This document shows, piece by piece, positions 9,217 to 19,875 of a stretch of 64,000 nt of DNA (position 1 is its first letter; each line of letters opens with the position of its first letter). The translations under genes and the position numbers were made by a program. The stretch is from the NCBI GenBank assembly GCA_963662795.1, contig OY759746.1, forward strand, positions 2,144,001-2,208,000, read 5' to 3'. Origin of the DNA: Spirochaetia bacterium. Its GTDB lineage: Bacteria; Spirochaetota; Spirochaetia; CADAEX01. Under the pieces are notes generated by a model. The model saw only the letters and a program-made list of their open reading frames with translations, made no database searches and was not told the DNA's origin.

Positions 9217-11322
9217 ATGGAAAAATTATTACTTTTTATTCCTCAATGGCAAGACTCTGGATTAACCAATGAGCTTTATCATGGTTCGTATGCTCTTAAA
9301 AATTATTCTGAAGAATATGGAAAATGTAATTTTAAAGCAATAGAAGTTGATAGCAAAAAAGAACTTATCAAAGAAAATAATATATTGGGATATTCAATAT
9401 TATTTGATCAACTAGAAAGAGTAAGAGAAACTATTAATGATAATAAACCTTTGAAAATATTTTCTTTAGGTGGAGGCTGTGGAATTGAAGTTCCAATAGT
9501 TTCATATTTATATTCATTATATCCTGATTTAACTCTATTCTGGTTTGATGCTCACGGAGATTTAAATACACCTGAAAGTTCTCCAAGTAAATATTTTCAT
9601 GGAATGCCATTGAGGTTCCTTACCGAAAAAATTGAGAATAAAATTGGTGACGGAATAGATATAATACCGACCAGCCAGGTACATTTAATAGGAGCTAGAG
9701 ATTTAGATGAGCCAGAAAAAATATTTATTGAATCAGAGAGGATAGATGTTATTCGAATAGAAGAAGATTTTATAAGTAAGATCATAGGTGTCCAAAACAA
9801 TCATAACAGCTCCAGTTGAAGATTGAAACTAGTTTTTTTAGTCTGTTCTGAAGGCGGTTTATTGAGAACAGTCCAGATATCTTTTCTTGATGTCAGTATT
9901 ACAGGAATCAATTTCATCAGTGAAAAATGAGTCCATTTTCTACATGAAAACATTTTAAGGAACTGAAGTAACAGAAAAGCAATTAGGGCAATCCAGATTT
10001 GTGTCATTACAGCATTTCTGGAAGTACCAAAGAATTTCTTGATCTTGAGGTTCTGTTTGATAGTTTTAAAAAATATTTCAATCTGCCATCTGTCTTTGTA
10101 AACAGCAGCAATTGTTGTTGGAGACCAAAGGAAATTATTGGTAAGAATTACAATATATTTACCGGTTTCAGGATCTCTGCTTCTGATTCGTCTTAATTTT
10201 AACGGGCATTTTTTACTGGTGTAAAATCCTTTCATTTCTATGATCTGATCAGATGTAATATTTTTAAAGGAGGAGGTATCTTTTCTCTGGACAATTTTAT
10301 AATCAGCATTCTTTTTTAACCTGGTAACAAAATAAATACCGGTATTACAATAATTTGCGAATAATTTAAAGTCAGTATAACCACGATCAAACGTGATGAC
10401 ATCGCCTTTGTTGAAAGCCATTTTTTTCAAGGAATTGACTTCATGTGTTTTTGCAGTTGTAACTGATACAAAAGCTGGAATATATCCACTATGGTCAAGT
10501 TTTACATTAAGTTTTATTCCGCCTTTATATTTTCTGAAATTTGCCCATGGAAAGAGATTTAAACACAAGTCAATAGTTGATGCATCAACACTGTAAAGAG
10601 GATTTTTAAATTTATGTTTATGCGCTCTCTTCATGGATAATATCTTATCAAGAAGATCAGTGAAAACATTTTCATAAACTTCACAGCTTCTATTATTATT
10701 TGCGTAAGATAATGTAGAGCGTTTTACCTTTTTTACACCCATATGATAAAGGTGGTTACTGATTGATTCAAAAGAGTTTTCAATGCCTCTTAACCCGGTC
10801 TGTCCTGAAAGTTGTGCAAAGAGCATGGAGACAAAATGCTGCCAACAGGTAAAACCTTTGGAAGCAAAGTCCCCTTTATGTTTTTTTACAGATTTTTCAA
10901 ATTCATGTCTCGGAATTATTTGTAGAATTTGTTTTAAAATGGTATTATTGTAACTCATTGCCTGATTTCCTTTTCCTGTAAAGAATTAGCCGTCCAAGCT
11001 TAATTCATTATAGTTGGGATTTCAGGCAATTAATAGTCCTTGTTTTGGACACCTATGAAGTAAGATAATGAATTTAGTAAGAGATAATAAGAATAAAAAG
11101 GCTTATATTCATATAGATTTAGATGTTATAGATCCAAAATATTATAAAAATGTGAAGTGTCCTACTGAAAATGGCTTAAAAATATTTGAATTGACAGAAG
11201 CAATTGAATTGGTCAATAAAGAAATGGAAATAATAGGGTTAAGCATTGTGGAAAATACAGAAACTGAAAAGGCTAAAATCAAGAAATTGGAAAAAATAAT
11301 TAAACTTGGATTAAATATTTAA
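9217..11322 (+). pseudogene. Arginase-family protein interrupted by IS4-family element
   Basis: LGGGCG, WFDAHGDLNTP..S...HGMPL before IS; YIHIDLDVIDP after; 9 bp DR AAGTAAGAT. Confidence 0.88.
9783..11057 (-). mobile_element. IS4-family element copy 1 (1275 bp; transposase 9801..10958)
   Basis: IRs CATAGGTGTCCAAAACAA; 9 bp DR; DUF4372-like N-terminus, VDASTI, FDRGY, YKDRWQIEIFFK. Confidence 0.93.
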
Positions 11323-11417
11323 TAACCTAAATCAAATTGAACATTAACTTTCTAAGAAAGAAGAGAGTCCGGCCTTGGCGTTGCCGTGCGGCCTGGACAA
11401 GAGCGGCTGGTACTGGA

Positions 11418-11587
11418 GCATAACAGAGGATAATGCGCTTCGCTCCCTTTGGTCGCTTGGGCTTCGCCACACATCGTAGATTTTGAACTACAACTTCTAT
11501 AAAAAATAAGTTTTGGAAGAAAAATATTGTAGCTTGAAATAATAATTCTTGGGCTACGATGCGTCGCTTATCCTCGGGACGTTATGC
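11418..11587 (+). repeat. attC, native type A
   Basis: GCATAAC...GTTATGC. Confidence 0.85.
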
Positions 11588-11636
11588 TCAATACCAGCCG
11601 CAAGAGGACGCCGCCCGGACCTCCGGCCGACGGGCG

Positions 11637-11708
11637 AAGAAAATAGAATCTGCTGTATAATATACTTTATACATAAACATATATAGATTTCTAGTTATTT
11701 AATATGTT
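11637..11708 (+). other. attI-like internal landing pad, copy 3 (G11706|TT)
   Basis: Pad sequence; GTTAGATTT complements AAATCTAAC (12784-12792). Confidence 0.75.
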
Positions 11709-11735
11709 AGATTTATTTAGGAGGAAACCAATTAG

Positions 11736-12683
11736 ATGACAATCTCCAACGACGACAAAATATTGATAATTGGTGGTGGGGCAATCGGATTCTCTCTCGC
11801 TGTTCACCTAAAGCATTCGGGAAAAAAAGTTGCCGTAGTCCGTGTTAGTACTAAGCTAGAAGAAGCTACTACTCAGAAAGTATCTGTAGTGGACTTGAAC
11901 AATAAAACATTAGTGCAGGAAATAGACTGCTACTCGCTAGAAAGCATAGAGAAAATTCAAGGAACAGTTGTTGTCGCTACAAAAGCTAATGCAAACATTC
12001 AGATTGCTGATGTTTTAGAGAAGAATGCCCACGAAATAAATCTGGTGATAATGCAAAATGGAATTGGGGTAGAAAACCCTTTCTTAGAAAAAGAATTCCA
12101 TAGCATCTTCCGGTGCGTAGTATATATAACTGCAGAAAAGACAGGGCCAGAATCCTTTTCTGCTCGAATGATCAAACCATCTCCAATTGGAATTATTAGT
12201 GATAAAAAGGAACCTAAAGAAAGGCTTGCAACAATACTTTCTACAAACGGTCTATCTTTTTACGAAGAAGATAACATTGAAAAAGAAGTATGGAAGAAAG
12301 GAATCGTCAATGCTGTCTTCAATTCAATATGCCCATTAATTGAAGTTGATAATGGGATTTTTGCCCGAGATAACAATATCCTCGAACTAGCAAGAAAAAT
12401 AGTTATGGAATGTGTTCCCATTGCAGGCGAGCAAGGAATTTTATTAAACACTGAGGAAATTATTGACCAAATTATTCAAATCAGTAAACGTTCTACAGGA
12501 CAGCTAATCTCAACCCTTCAAGATATTCGTAAAAATCGGGAGACTGAAATAAATTTTCTGAATTTAGAAATATGTAGAATTGCTAAGACACTTACTCCTC
12601 CTATTAGCCTTCCAATAACAGAAGCCCTTGGGGAACTCATACTTAAGAAGTCAGAACAAAGAGTAAATGATGAAATGAAGTGA
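11736..12683 (+). CDS. Ketopantoate reductase (PanE/ApbA family)
   Basis: IIGGGAIG, VATKA, MQNGIG, WKKGIVNAVFN, STLQDIRKNRETEINFLN. Confidence 0.85.
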   Translation: MTISNDDKILIIGGGAIGFSLAVHLKHSGKKVAVVRVSTKLEEATTQKVSVVDLNNKTLVQEIDCYSLESIEKIQGTVVVATKANANIQIADVLEKNAHEINLVIMQNGIGVENPFLEKEFHSIFRCVVYITAEKTGPESFSARMIKPSPIGIISDKKEPKERLATILSTNGLSFYEEDNIEKEVWKKGIVNAVFNSICPLIEVDNGIFARDNNILELARKIVMECVPIAGEQGILLNTEEIIDQIIQISKRSTGQLISTLQDIRKNRETEINFLNLEICRIAKTLTPPISLPITEALGELILKKSEQRVNDEMK

Positions 12684-12785
12684 GTGTGTAACACGACCTT
12701 TAGGTTGCATACATGATCTCGGTAATTAGAATTCACAAAGGAAAAAGTTAAAATAGGTCATTTGAAAGATATGTTGCGATCAAAA

Positions 12786-12823
12786 ATCTAACAATCGCTT
12801 ACAGCTGAAGCGGAATGTTATAA
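12786..12823 (+). repeat. Minimal 38 bp attC-like site (inner cassette D)
   Basis: ATCTAAC-AAT-CGCTT(A)CAGCTGAAGCG-GAAT-GTTATAA. Confidence 0.7.
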
Positions 12824-12901
12824 AAATAAAAAATAGAAAAGGGAAAGAAGTCCAGCCTTGGCTCCGCCGTGCGGCCTGGACAAGAAGCGGCTGGTACTGG
12901 A

Positions 12902-13071
12902 GCATAACAGAGGATAATGCGCTTCGCTCCCTTTGGTCGCTTGGGCTTCGCCACACATCGTAGATTTTGAACAACAACTTCTATAAAAACAAGTTTTTGA
13001 AGAAAAATATTATAACTTTGAAATAATAATTCTTGGGCTACGATGCGTCGCTTATCCTCGGGACGTTATGC
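12902..13071 (+). repeat. attC, native type A (near-identical to 29539-29708)
   Basis: GCATAAC...GTTATGC. Confidence 0.85.
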
Positions 13072-13171
13072 TCAATACCAGCCGCAAGAGGAAACCGCCC
13101 GGACCTCCGGCCCACGGGCGAAGAAGAATTATTTTAAAAAGTGAATTATAATAAACAAAATTACCAAAAAA

Positions 13172-13200
13172 TTGATTGCAAATATATATTATCATACAAT
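13172..13200 (+). promoter_or_regulatory. Putative sigma70 promoter of ncRNA-SLATT-RT operon
   Basis: TTGATT-17 nt-TACAAT ending 9 nt before the structured region. Confidence 0.55.
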
Positions 13201-13209
13201 AAAATATTT

Positions 13210-13337
13210 ATGGCCCTTTGTGTTTTCAACACAACTTCATTATATCTGAGGGATAACTATTTAATACAGAAATATCTGTTACCATAATTGGTAAGTCTTT
13301 TCGAAGGCGCTAAAGTACCGAATCCATGAAGGGCCAT
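13210..13337 (+). ncRNA. Putative RT-associated structured ncRNA (DRT10/UG17-like)
   Basis: Closing stem ATGGCCCTT/AAGGGCCAT enclosing hairpins TGTGTT/AACACA, ACAGA/TCTGT, TTACCA/TGGTAA and GTCTT-TTCG-AAGGC. Confidence 0.7.
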
Positions 13338-13355
13338 TTTTACAGGAGTTAAATA

Positions 13356-13907
13356 ATGAGTGATTATGCAGATCGTATTTGGAAAACTAAAAAAATTAGA
13401 ATTAATACTGAGTCTCGGTTATTAGAAAATTCAATAATTTATGAAATTATAATACCTTTATATTCATTATTTTTTATCTTGTTAGTTATATTACCAGGAG
13501 GAGAAGATAGTAATTGCATAAAAATATTCTCAATTGCTGGATCATTAATTATTTTGATAGCTTCCATAATTGCTTCTAATCAAAATTATCAATTACGGGC
13601 ATATAAAATGAAACAACATTATATTATGTTGGATAAACTATATATAAAAATTGTAAATACTAATGATGAAAATAAAAAAGAAAAAATATTTTATAAATAT
13701 TTAAAAGAATTAGAAAATGTGGAAAACCATATTGATTATGATTATAAAAAAACTATCATTTCTTTAAGAAAAGACAAAAATTGTACTTTTCCAAAACCTA
13801 CTTTTTCTGAAATGATATTGTTTTATATGATTATTATCAAAAGGTGGAGTATTATTGTATTTTTTCTAGGGATACCAGTAATAATAAGTGCAATTATAAT
13901 TTTATGA
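13356..13907 (+). CDS. SLATT-domain membrane effector
   Basis: IWKTKKIRINTESRL N-terminus, two TM helices, RAYKMKQHY, ENH, C-terminal TM. Confidence 0.75.
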   Translation: MSDYADRIWKTKKIRINTESRLLENSIIYEIIIPLYSLFFILLVILPGGEDSNCIKIFSIAGSLIILIASIIASNQNYQLRAYKMKQHYIMLDKLYIKIVNTNDENKKEKIFYKYLKELENVENHIDYDYKKTIISLRKDKNCTFPKPTFSEMILFYMIIIKRWSIIVFFLGIPVIISAIIIL

Positions 13908-15213
13908 ATGCTTCAGAGATTTTTAAAAAAGAATTTACTACTACTAATCTTTTTCAAATTTACATTGATAAAATACAAAAAAATGCTACTGTTGGTACAG
14001 ATGGAGTAAGTTTAAAGAGGTTTGAAAAATATTTAACGCAAGAATTAATTTTAATAGAAAGAAAAGTTAAAAATTGTAAATACAAATACATCCCTTATAA
14101 ATGTATTTTAATTTTGCGTGGAATTAATAAAAAACCAAGAGTTGTTGAAAAACCAGCAATACGAGATAGATTAGTATTACGTGTTATTTTTAATATTCTA
14201 AATGAAGTTTACAAAAAAGATTTAGAAAAAAGAATGCTTCATTCGCAATTAAAACGTTTGATATACTCTGTTAATGAAAAAAAATACAATTATGTATTAC
14301 GCTATGATGTAGAAGATTTTTATCCATCAGTATCTCACTTATTATTAATGAAAATTATAAAGAAAAGAATACGAAATATAGAACTAAATCATTTAATCAT
14401 AAATGCTATTAAAAATGTTAATGATTTACAAAAAGCCAATAATATTGAAAGTAATGAAAAAGGAGTTCCACAAGGTCTTTCGATATCAAATGTATTATCA
14501 AATGTTTATTTAATCAATATTGATAAAAAATATGAAATACAAAATGATTTAGAATATTATAGATTTGTTGATGATATTTTAATACTTTGTCAACAAGACA
14601 AACATGCTAGAATTAATGATAATATAATCAATGATTTTAAAAAGCTTGGGCTGACTTTGCATAAAGATAGTAGTAAGCATTTTTCTAAGAGTATAGACGA
14701 ACCATTTGATTATTTGGGCTATACTTTTACATCTGGTAAAATTGGTGTAAGAAAGAAGAGTATAGAAAAAATAAGAGAAAGCATACTATCTTTGCTTTCA
14801 ACTCATAAATACAAAAAAATAAAAATACTGAATTGTTGATTTTCAAAATAAACATTAGAATTACTGGATGCATAATAAATAGTAATAAATATGGTTGGTT
14901 GTTTTATTTTTCTCAAATAAATGACGAAGCATTATTACATTCCTTGGATAATTTTGTAAGAAAACAATTAAAACGATTTAACATAGAAAATCAAAAAACA
15001 AAAAAATTTGTAAGAACTTGGAAAGAAATAAATAATAACTTTCATACAACAAATTATATACCAAATTATGATTTGATAACAAAAGAAAAGAAAGAAAAAA
15101 TTATCAAAATATATAATCTAAAATACTCCTTTTATGATATAGACGATATTTTTAAAAAAATTATTAATAGAGAAATTAAATATTTAGAAAAAGATATGGC
15201 TGGGTTATCGTAG
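13904..15213 (+). pseudogene. Reverse transcriptase (UG17/DRT10-like), split by 1 nt frameshift near A7 run 14813-14819
   Basis: ATGA overlap with SLATT stop; PAIRDRL, YDVEDFYPS, GVPQGLSISNVLSNVYL, YRFVDD, FDYLGY; second frame continues RITGC...YGWLFYFSQIND. Confidence 0.8.
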
Positions 15214-15286
15214 TGTAAATTGTTTAAAATAAAAGTCCGGCCTTGGCTGTGCCGTGCGGCCTGGACAAGAAGCGGCTGGTACTAGA

Positions 15287-15456
15287 GCATAACAGAGGAT
15301 AAAGCGCTTCGCTCCCTTTGGTCGCTTGGGCTTTGCCACACATCGTAAGTTTTAAATTACAACTTCTATAAACAACAAGTTTTAGAAGAAAATATTACAA
15401 CTTTGAAAAATTCATTCTTGAACTACGATGCGTCGCTTATCCTCGGGACGTTATCC
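15287..15456 (+). repeat. attC, native type A
   Basis: GCATAAC...GTTATCC. Confidence 0.85.
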
Positions 15457-15504
15457 ACAATATCATCGCAAGAGAACGCCGCCCGGACCTCCGGCCAACG
15501 GGCG

Positions 15505-15547
15505 AAGAAAATAGAATCTGCTGTATAATATACTTTATAGTTAAGAT
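15505..15547 (+). other. Truncated landing pad, copy 5 (cut by IS4)
   Basis: AAGAAAATAGAATCTGCTGTATAATATACTTTATA then IS. Confidence 0.6.
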
Positions 15548-16822
15548 CATAGGTGTCCAAAACAAGGACTATTAATTGCCTGAAATCCCAACTATAATGA
15601 ATTAAGCTTGGACGGCTAATTCTTTACAGGAAAAGGAAATCAGGCAATGAGTTACAATAATACCATTTTAAAACAAATTCTACAAATAATTCCGAGACAT
15701 GAATTTGAAAAATCTGTAAAAAAACATAAAGGGGACTTTGCTTCCAAAGGTTTTACCTGTTGGCAGCATTTTGTCTCCATGCTCTTTGCACAACTTTCAG
15801 GACAGACCGGGTTAAGAGGCATTGAAAACTCTTTTGAATCAATCAGTAACCACCTTTATCATATGGGTGTAAAAAAGGTAAAACGCTCTACATTATCTTA
15901 CGCAAATAATAATAGAAGCTGTGAAGTTTATGAAAATGTTTTCACTGATCTTCTTGATAAGATATTATCCATGAAGAGAGCGCATAAACATAAATTTAAA
16001 AATCCTCTTTACAGTGTTGATGCATCAACTATTGACTTGTGTTTAAATCTCTTTCCATGGGCAAATTTCAGAAAATATAAAGGCGGAATAAAACTTAATG
16101 TAAAACTTGACCATAGTGGATATATTCCAGCTTTTGTATCAGTTACAACTGCAAAAACACATGAAGTCAATTCCTTGAAAAAAATGGCTTTCAACAAAGG
16201 CGATGTCATCACGTTTGATCGTGGTTATACTGACTTTAAATTATTCGCAAATTATTGTAATACCGGTATTTATTTTGTTACCAGGTTAAAAAAGAATGCT
16301 GATTATAAAATTGTCCAGAGAAAAGATACCTCCTCCTTTAAAAATATTACATCTGATCAGATCATAGAAATGAAAGGATTTTACACCAGTAAAAAATGCC
16401 CGTTAAAATTAAGACGAATCAGAAGCAGAGATCCTGAAACCGGTAAATATATTGTAATTCTTACCAATAATTTCCTTTGGTCTCCAACAACAATTGCTGC
16501 TGTTTACAAAGACAGATGGCAGATTGAAATATTTTTTAAAACTATCAAACAGAACCTCAAGATCAAGAAATTCTTTGGTACTTCCAGAAATGCTGTAATG
16601 ACACAAATCTGGATTGCCCTAATTGCTTTTCTGTTACTTCAGTTCCTTAAAATGTTTTCATGTAGAAAATGGACTCATTTTTCACTGATGAAATTGATTC
16701 CTGTAATACTGACATCAAGAAAAGATATCTGGACTGTTCTCAATAAACCGCCTTCAGAACAGACTAAAAAAACTAGTTTCAATCTTCAACTGGAGCTGTT
16801 ATGATTGTTTTGGACACCTATG
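15548..16822 (+). mobile_element. IS4-family element copy 2 (transposase 15647..16804), no matching DR
   Basis: Same IRs and protein as copy 1; flanks AGTTAAGAT vs ATTTAATAT. Confidence 0.93.
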
Positions 16823-17248
16823 ATTTAATATAATAAACTGTCTGTTCTTAATAGAATTAGAATAGATGGGAATGAAGCAGAAAAACTTGGAAAAGATGAT
16901 TATCTAAAAGATTATTTAAAAATACTAGAAGCAATTCTTTTTAGAAAACATATAGATTATATGATGGAAGATGAATATCGGTTTATATCTTTTTCAAAAA
17001 AGAAATACGATTTTATAAATATAGAAAACTGTATCAATGGTATAATTGTGTCGTTAAATAATTTAAAAGAATGGCAAGTAAACAAATATGTTGAATTTGC
17101 TGAAGAAAATAATATTGAATTATTGTTTATATCGTGGAGTCAAAAAGGTTTTGATTTAGAAGGATATAAAGAATACATAAGATTTTTAAATATAGTTCAA
17201 GAGATTTTTAATAACAGTACAGCAAATGAAAATATTAATAAGCTATAA
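16823..17248 (+). pseudogene. 3' remnant of a cassette gene, probably 5'-truncated by IS4
   Basis: 95 aa ORF 16961..17248 whose frame appears to extend upstream toward the IS end. Confidence 0.45.
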
Positions 17249-17307
17249 CATGTTTTAGTCCAGCCTTGGCTCCGCCGAGCGGCTTGGACAAGAAGCCTGG
17301 CCACTAC

Positions 17308-17499
17308 GTATAACAGCGATTATTTCGCTGCGCTCCCTGTGGTCGCTTGGGCTCCTGCCAGTTGAGCTGGCAGATCGCCATATTTTGTTTTCATAAAACC
17401 GGAACAACATGTGCTTTGTGCTCTTCAAGTTTGTAAAAACCAAATAAAAGTATTTTAGAGTTTAGTCACAAAACATCGAATAATCGCGAGACGTTCTCC
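17308..17499 (+). repeat. attC, native type C (192 bp)
   Basis: GTATAAC-AGCGATTATTTCG...CGAATAATCGCGAGAC-GTTCTCC. Confidence 0.85.
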
Positions 17500-17741
17500 G
17501 AAATACCGCCCCAAGATGCGATCGCCCGGACCTCCGGCCCACGGGCGAGGGAAGACGGGCAAACAATTGTGTCTAATTTTAAATCAAAAGTATCTTATCA
17601 GCATTAAAGGATTAGGATAATTAATCTAATGTAAAGAATGCTAAATAAATCTCAATAAATTATATTGAAATTAAAAAGATGTATTGTATATTAAGAGTTT
17701 TAAGTGTATACTGTTGAGTGTATACTTAAAGAGGTTGAATT

Positions 17742-17981
17742 ATGGAAATAAGCACAAAAGAGCTCAGAATAAAACCTGGTAGAATTATTGAAAAAGTCTC
17801 ACATGGACAGGAAGTTGTGGTAACTTTTAGAGGAAAAGCATTAGCTAGAATAGTTCCTATGGCTAATCACAACAAAAGTATTGACGAGAAAGAAGAACTT
17901 TTTGGATTATGGAAAAACCATAAAGATATTGAGAATGTTGATAAGTATGTAAGAAAGATGAGAAGAGGAAGAGAATTTTGA
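17742..17981 (+). CDS. Phd/YefM-family antitoxin
   Basis: ISTKELR...IIEKV..GQEVVVTFRGKALARIVP. Confidence 0.85.
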   Translation: MEISTKELRIKPGRIIEKVSHGQEVVVTFRGKALARIVPMANHNKSIDEKEELFGLWKNHKDIENVDKYVRKMRRGREF

Positions 17982-18355
17982 TAATCGATACAGATGTTAT
18001 AATATGGTATCTAAGAGGAAATGAAAAAGCAAAAGAATTAATATATAAAAATATACCATTTAAAATGTCAGTAATAACTTATATGGAAATTGTGCAGGGG
18101 ATGAAAGATAAAAAAGAATTATTGATATTTCAGAAACATATAAGAAAATGGGATGTTGAAATAATACAAATAGATACTGAAATATCTTCAAGAGCAATGT
18201 TTTTTGTAGAAGATTATTTTTTAAGTCATTCAATGGAATTATCAGATGCATTAATTGCAGCGACAGGAATACAGACAAAAGATGTTATATTAACAGCAAA
18301 TGATAAACATTATAAATTTATCCCTAACATACAACTGGAAAAGTTTAAACCTTAG
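17978..18355 (+). CDS. vapC: VapC/PIN toxin
   Basis: IIDTDVII...SDALIAATG...LTANDKHY. Confidence 0.88.
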   Translation: MIIDTDVIIWYLRGNEKAKELIYKNIPFKMSVITYMEIVQGMKDKKELLIFQKHIRKWDVEIIQIDTEISSRAMFFVEDYFLSHSMELSDALIAATGIQTKDVILTANDKHYKFIPNIQLEKFKP

Positions 18356-18408
18356 AACGCCCAAGCCTTGGCGGTGCCGTGCGGCTTGGAAGAGAGGGGC
18401 GGTACTTC

Positions 18409-18579
18409 CGAGAACAGAGGATAAAGCGCTTCGCTCCCTCTGGTCGCTTGGGCTTCGCCACACATCGTAGGTTTTGAACTACAACATTTATAAACAACAA
18501 GTGTTGGAAGAAGAATATTGCAGCTTTGAAATATTCATTCTTAGGCTACGATGCGTCGCTTATCCTCGGGACGTTATAT
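18409..18579 (+). repeat. attC, native type A
   Basis: CGAGAAC...GTTATAT. Confidence 0.85.
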
Positions 18580-19340
18580 GCAATACCGCTTAACTGTTTA
18601 TGGATTGAGATGAATAGTTTTCAATTGTGCAAACATTCCCATGCCCAAGAAAAGCCCGGCGTCCTGCCGGGCTTAAGAAAAAAGGACGGTTTAAAAAATA
18701 GATTATACTATTTTAATAAAATACTATTTAAAAATAGATAATAGAAATAAAAACGCAAAAAAAGTAAACCTGAAAAACCTTTTAAAAAAGGTTGTAGCTG
18801 AATAAAAAGATCAAATATTTTAAAGCAAATATACTTTTACAAATATAACCAATAAATTGTATTTGACAAAAATTGAAATTAATTAAGAACGGGCAAAAAA
18901 GACTGATTTTTAAGTTTAAATTTGTAAATATTGTAACTTATTATGGATTGATTTCAAAAAGGAAAAAATACTCTTAGATATTTATTATTTTAGTTTTGAT
19001 ACTTAATCTTAAAAGAAAAAAGAAGAATTACAGGCCAACAATTAAGAATTGTTTTGTAGTTAAAGTGCTAGCAGCTTTAGACTGAAGGAAAAAATATGCA
19101 AAATCGTGATCGTAAAATGCAAGCAAAGCAATAGATTTTCAGAGAAAAATAGATATGAAGAAATGACAATATTTTTAAAATACAATTAAAAAATATTACT
19201 ATATCCAGAGTACTGTAAATAAAAACTATAAAGAAAACGTCCGAATAGGGGAATTCACCCCGTTTACGCCGTCCTGGCTTCAACGGGAAGAGGGCATGGG
19301 AAAAAAAGGCAAAAAGACTGTAAAAGAATTGCGGTACTGC
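18574..19340 (+). other. ORF-less cassette (about 770 bp) with nested terminal stems
   Basis: Termini pair; inner IR TTCCCATGCCC (18636)/GGGCATGGGAA (19292); AT-rich interior with no credible ORF. Confidence 0.7.
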
Positions 19341-19493
19341 ACATAACAGCGAATGACCGGTTCCGGCTGTTTCTAAGGAAGCAGCCTCCGCCCAAATTGC
19401 CGAAATAATACATGTTAAGAATAATGGAAAAGAGTATAAACTTTTGGAGTGAAAACACCATCGGCAACTTCGGTCATTCGCGGGACGTTATAC
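19341..19493 (+). repeat. attC, native type B
   Basis: ACATAAC-AGCGAATGACC...GTTATAC. Confidence 0.85.
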
Positions 19494-19620
19494 GTAATGG
19501 CCAGGCAAGAGAAAATCGCCCGGACCTCCGGCCGACGGGCGAGGATATGCGGTATAATTATATTATTATCGAATAAAAATTGACAATTTTTGCATAATGT
19601 AATACAATATGTAATACGAG

Positions 19621-19875
19621 GTGCAAATTATGACTACTGTAAGATTAAATGATGATATTGATAACAAATTATCAGTATTAATTGAACTAGAAAGAGCAAC
19701 TAAAACAGAAATAATTAAAAAAGCAATAGCTGAGTATTATGAACAACATTTTTTGGAAAAAACGCCATATGAAGTCGGAAAAGATTTATTTGGGAAATAT
19801 GGAGATAATGAAGATTTATCGCAAACTTATAAGACAAAACTCAAGGAAAAGTTGAATGCAAAACATACTCATTGA
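19621..19875 (+). CDS. Ribbon-helix-helix antitoxin
   Basis: MTTVRLNDDID...TKTEIIKKAIAEY; overlaps PIN gene. Confidence 0.8.
   Translation: MQIMTTVRLNDDIDNKLSVLIELERATKTEIIKKAIAEYYEQHFLEKTPYEVGKDLFGKYGDNEDLSQTYKTKLKEKLNAKHTH

Noticed and set aside
13904-15213. RT as a group IIC-attC intron, a DGR, or the enzyme that makes the cassettes
   Set aside because: No intron boundaries or domain V, no TR/VR pair; it sits inside an ordinary cassette with SLATT and ncRNA, and nothing links it to cassette genesis
9783-16822. Composite transposon formed by inverted IS4 copies 1 and 2
   Set aside because: Copy 1 has its own perfect 9 bp DR within the arginase gene, so it inserted independently
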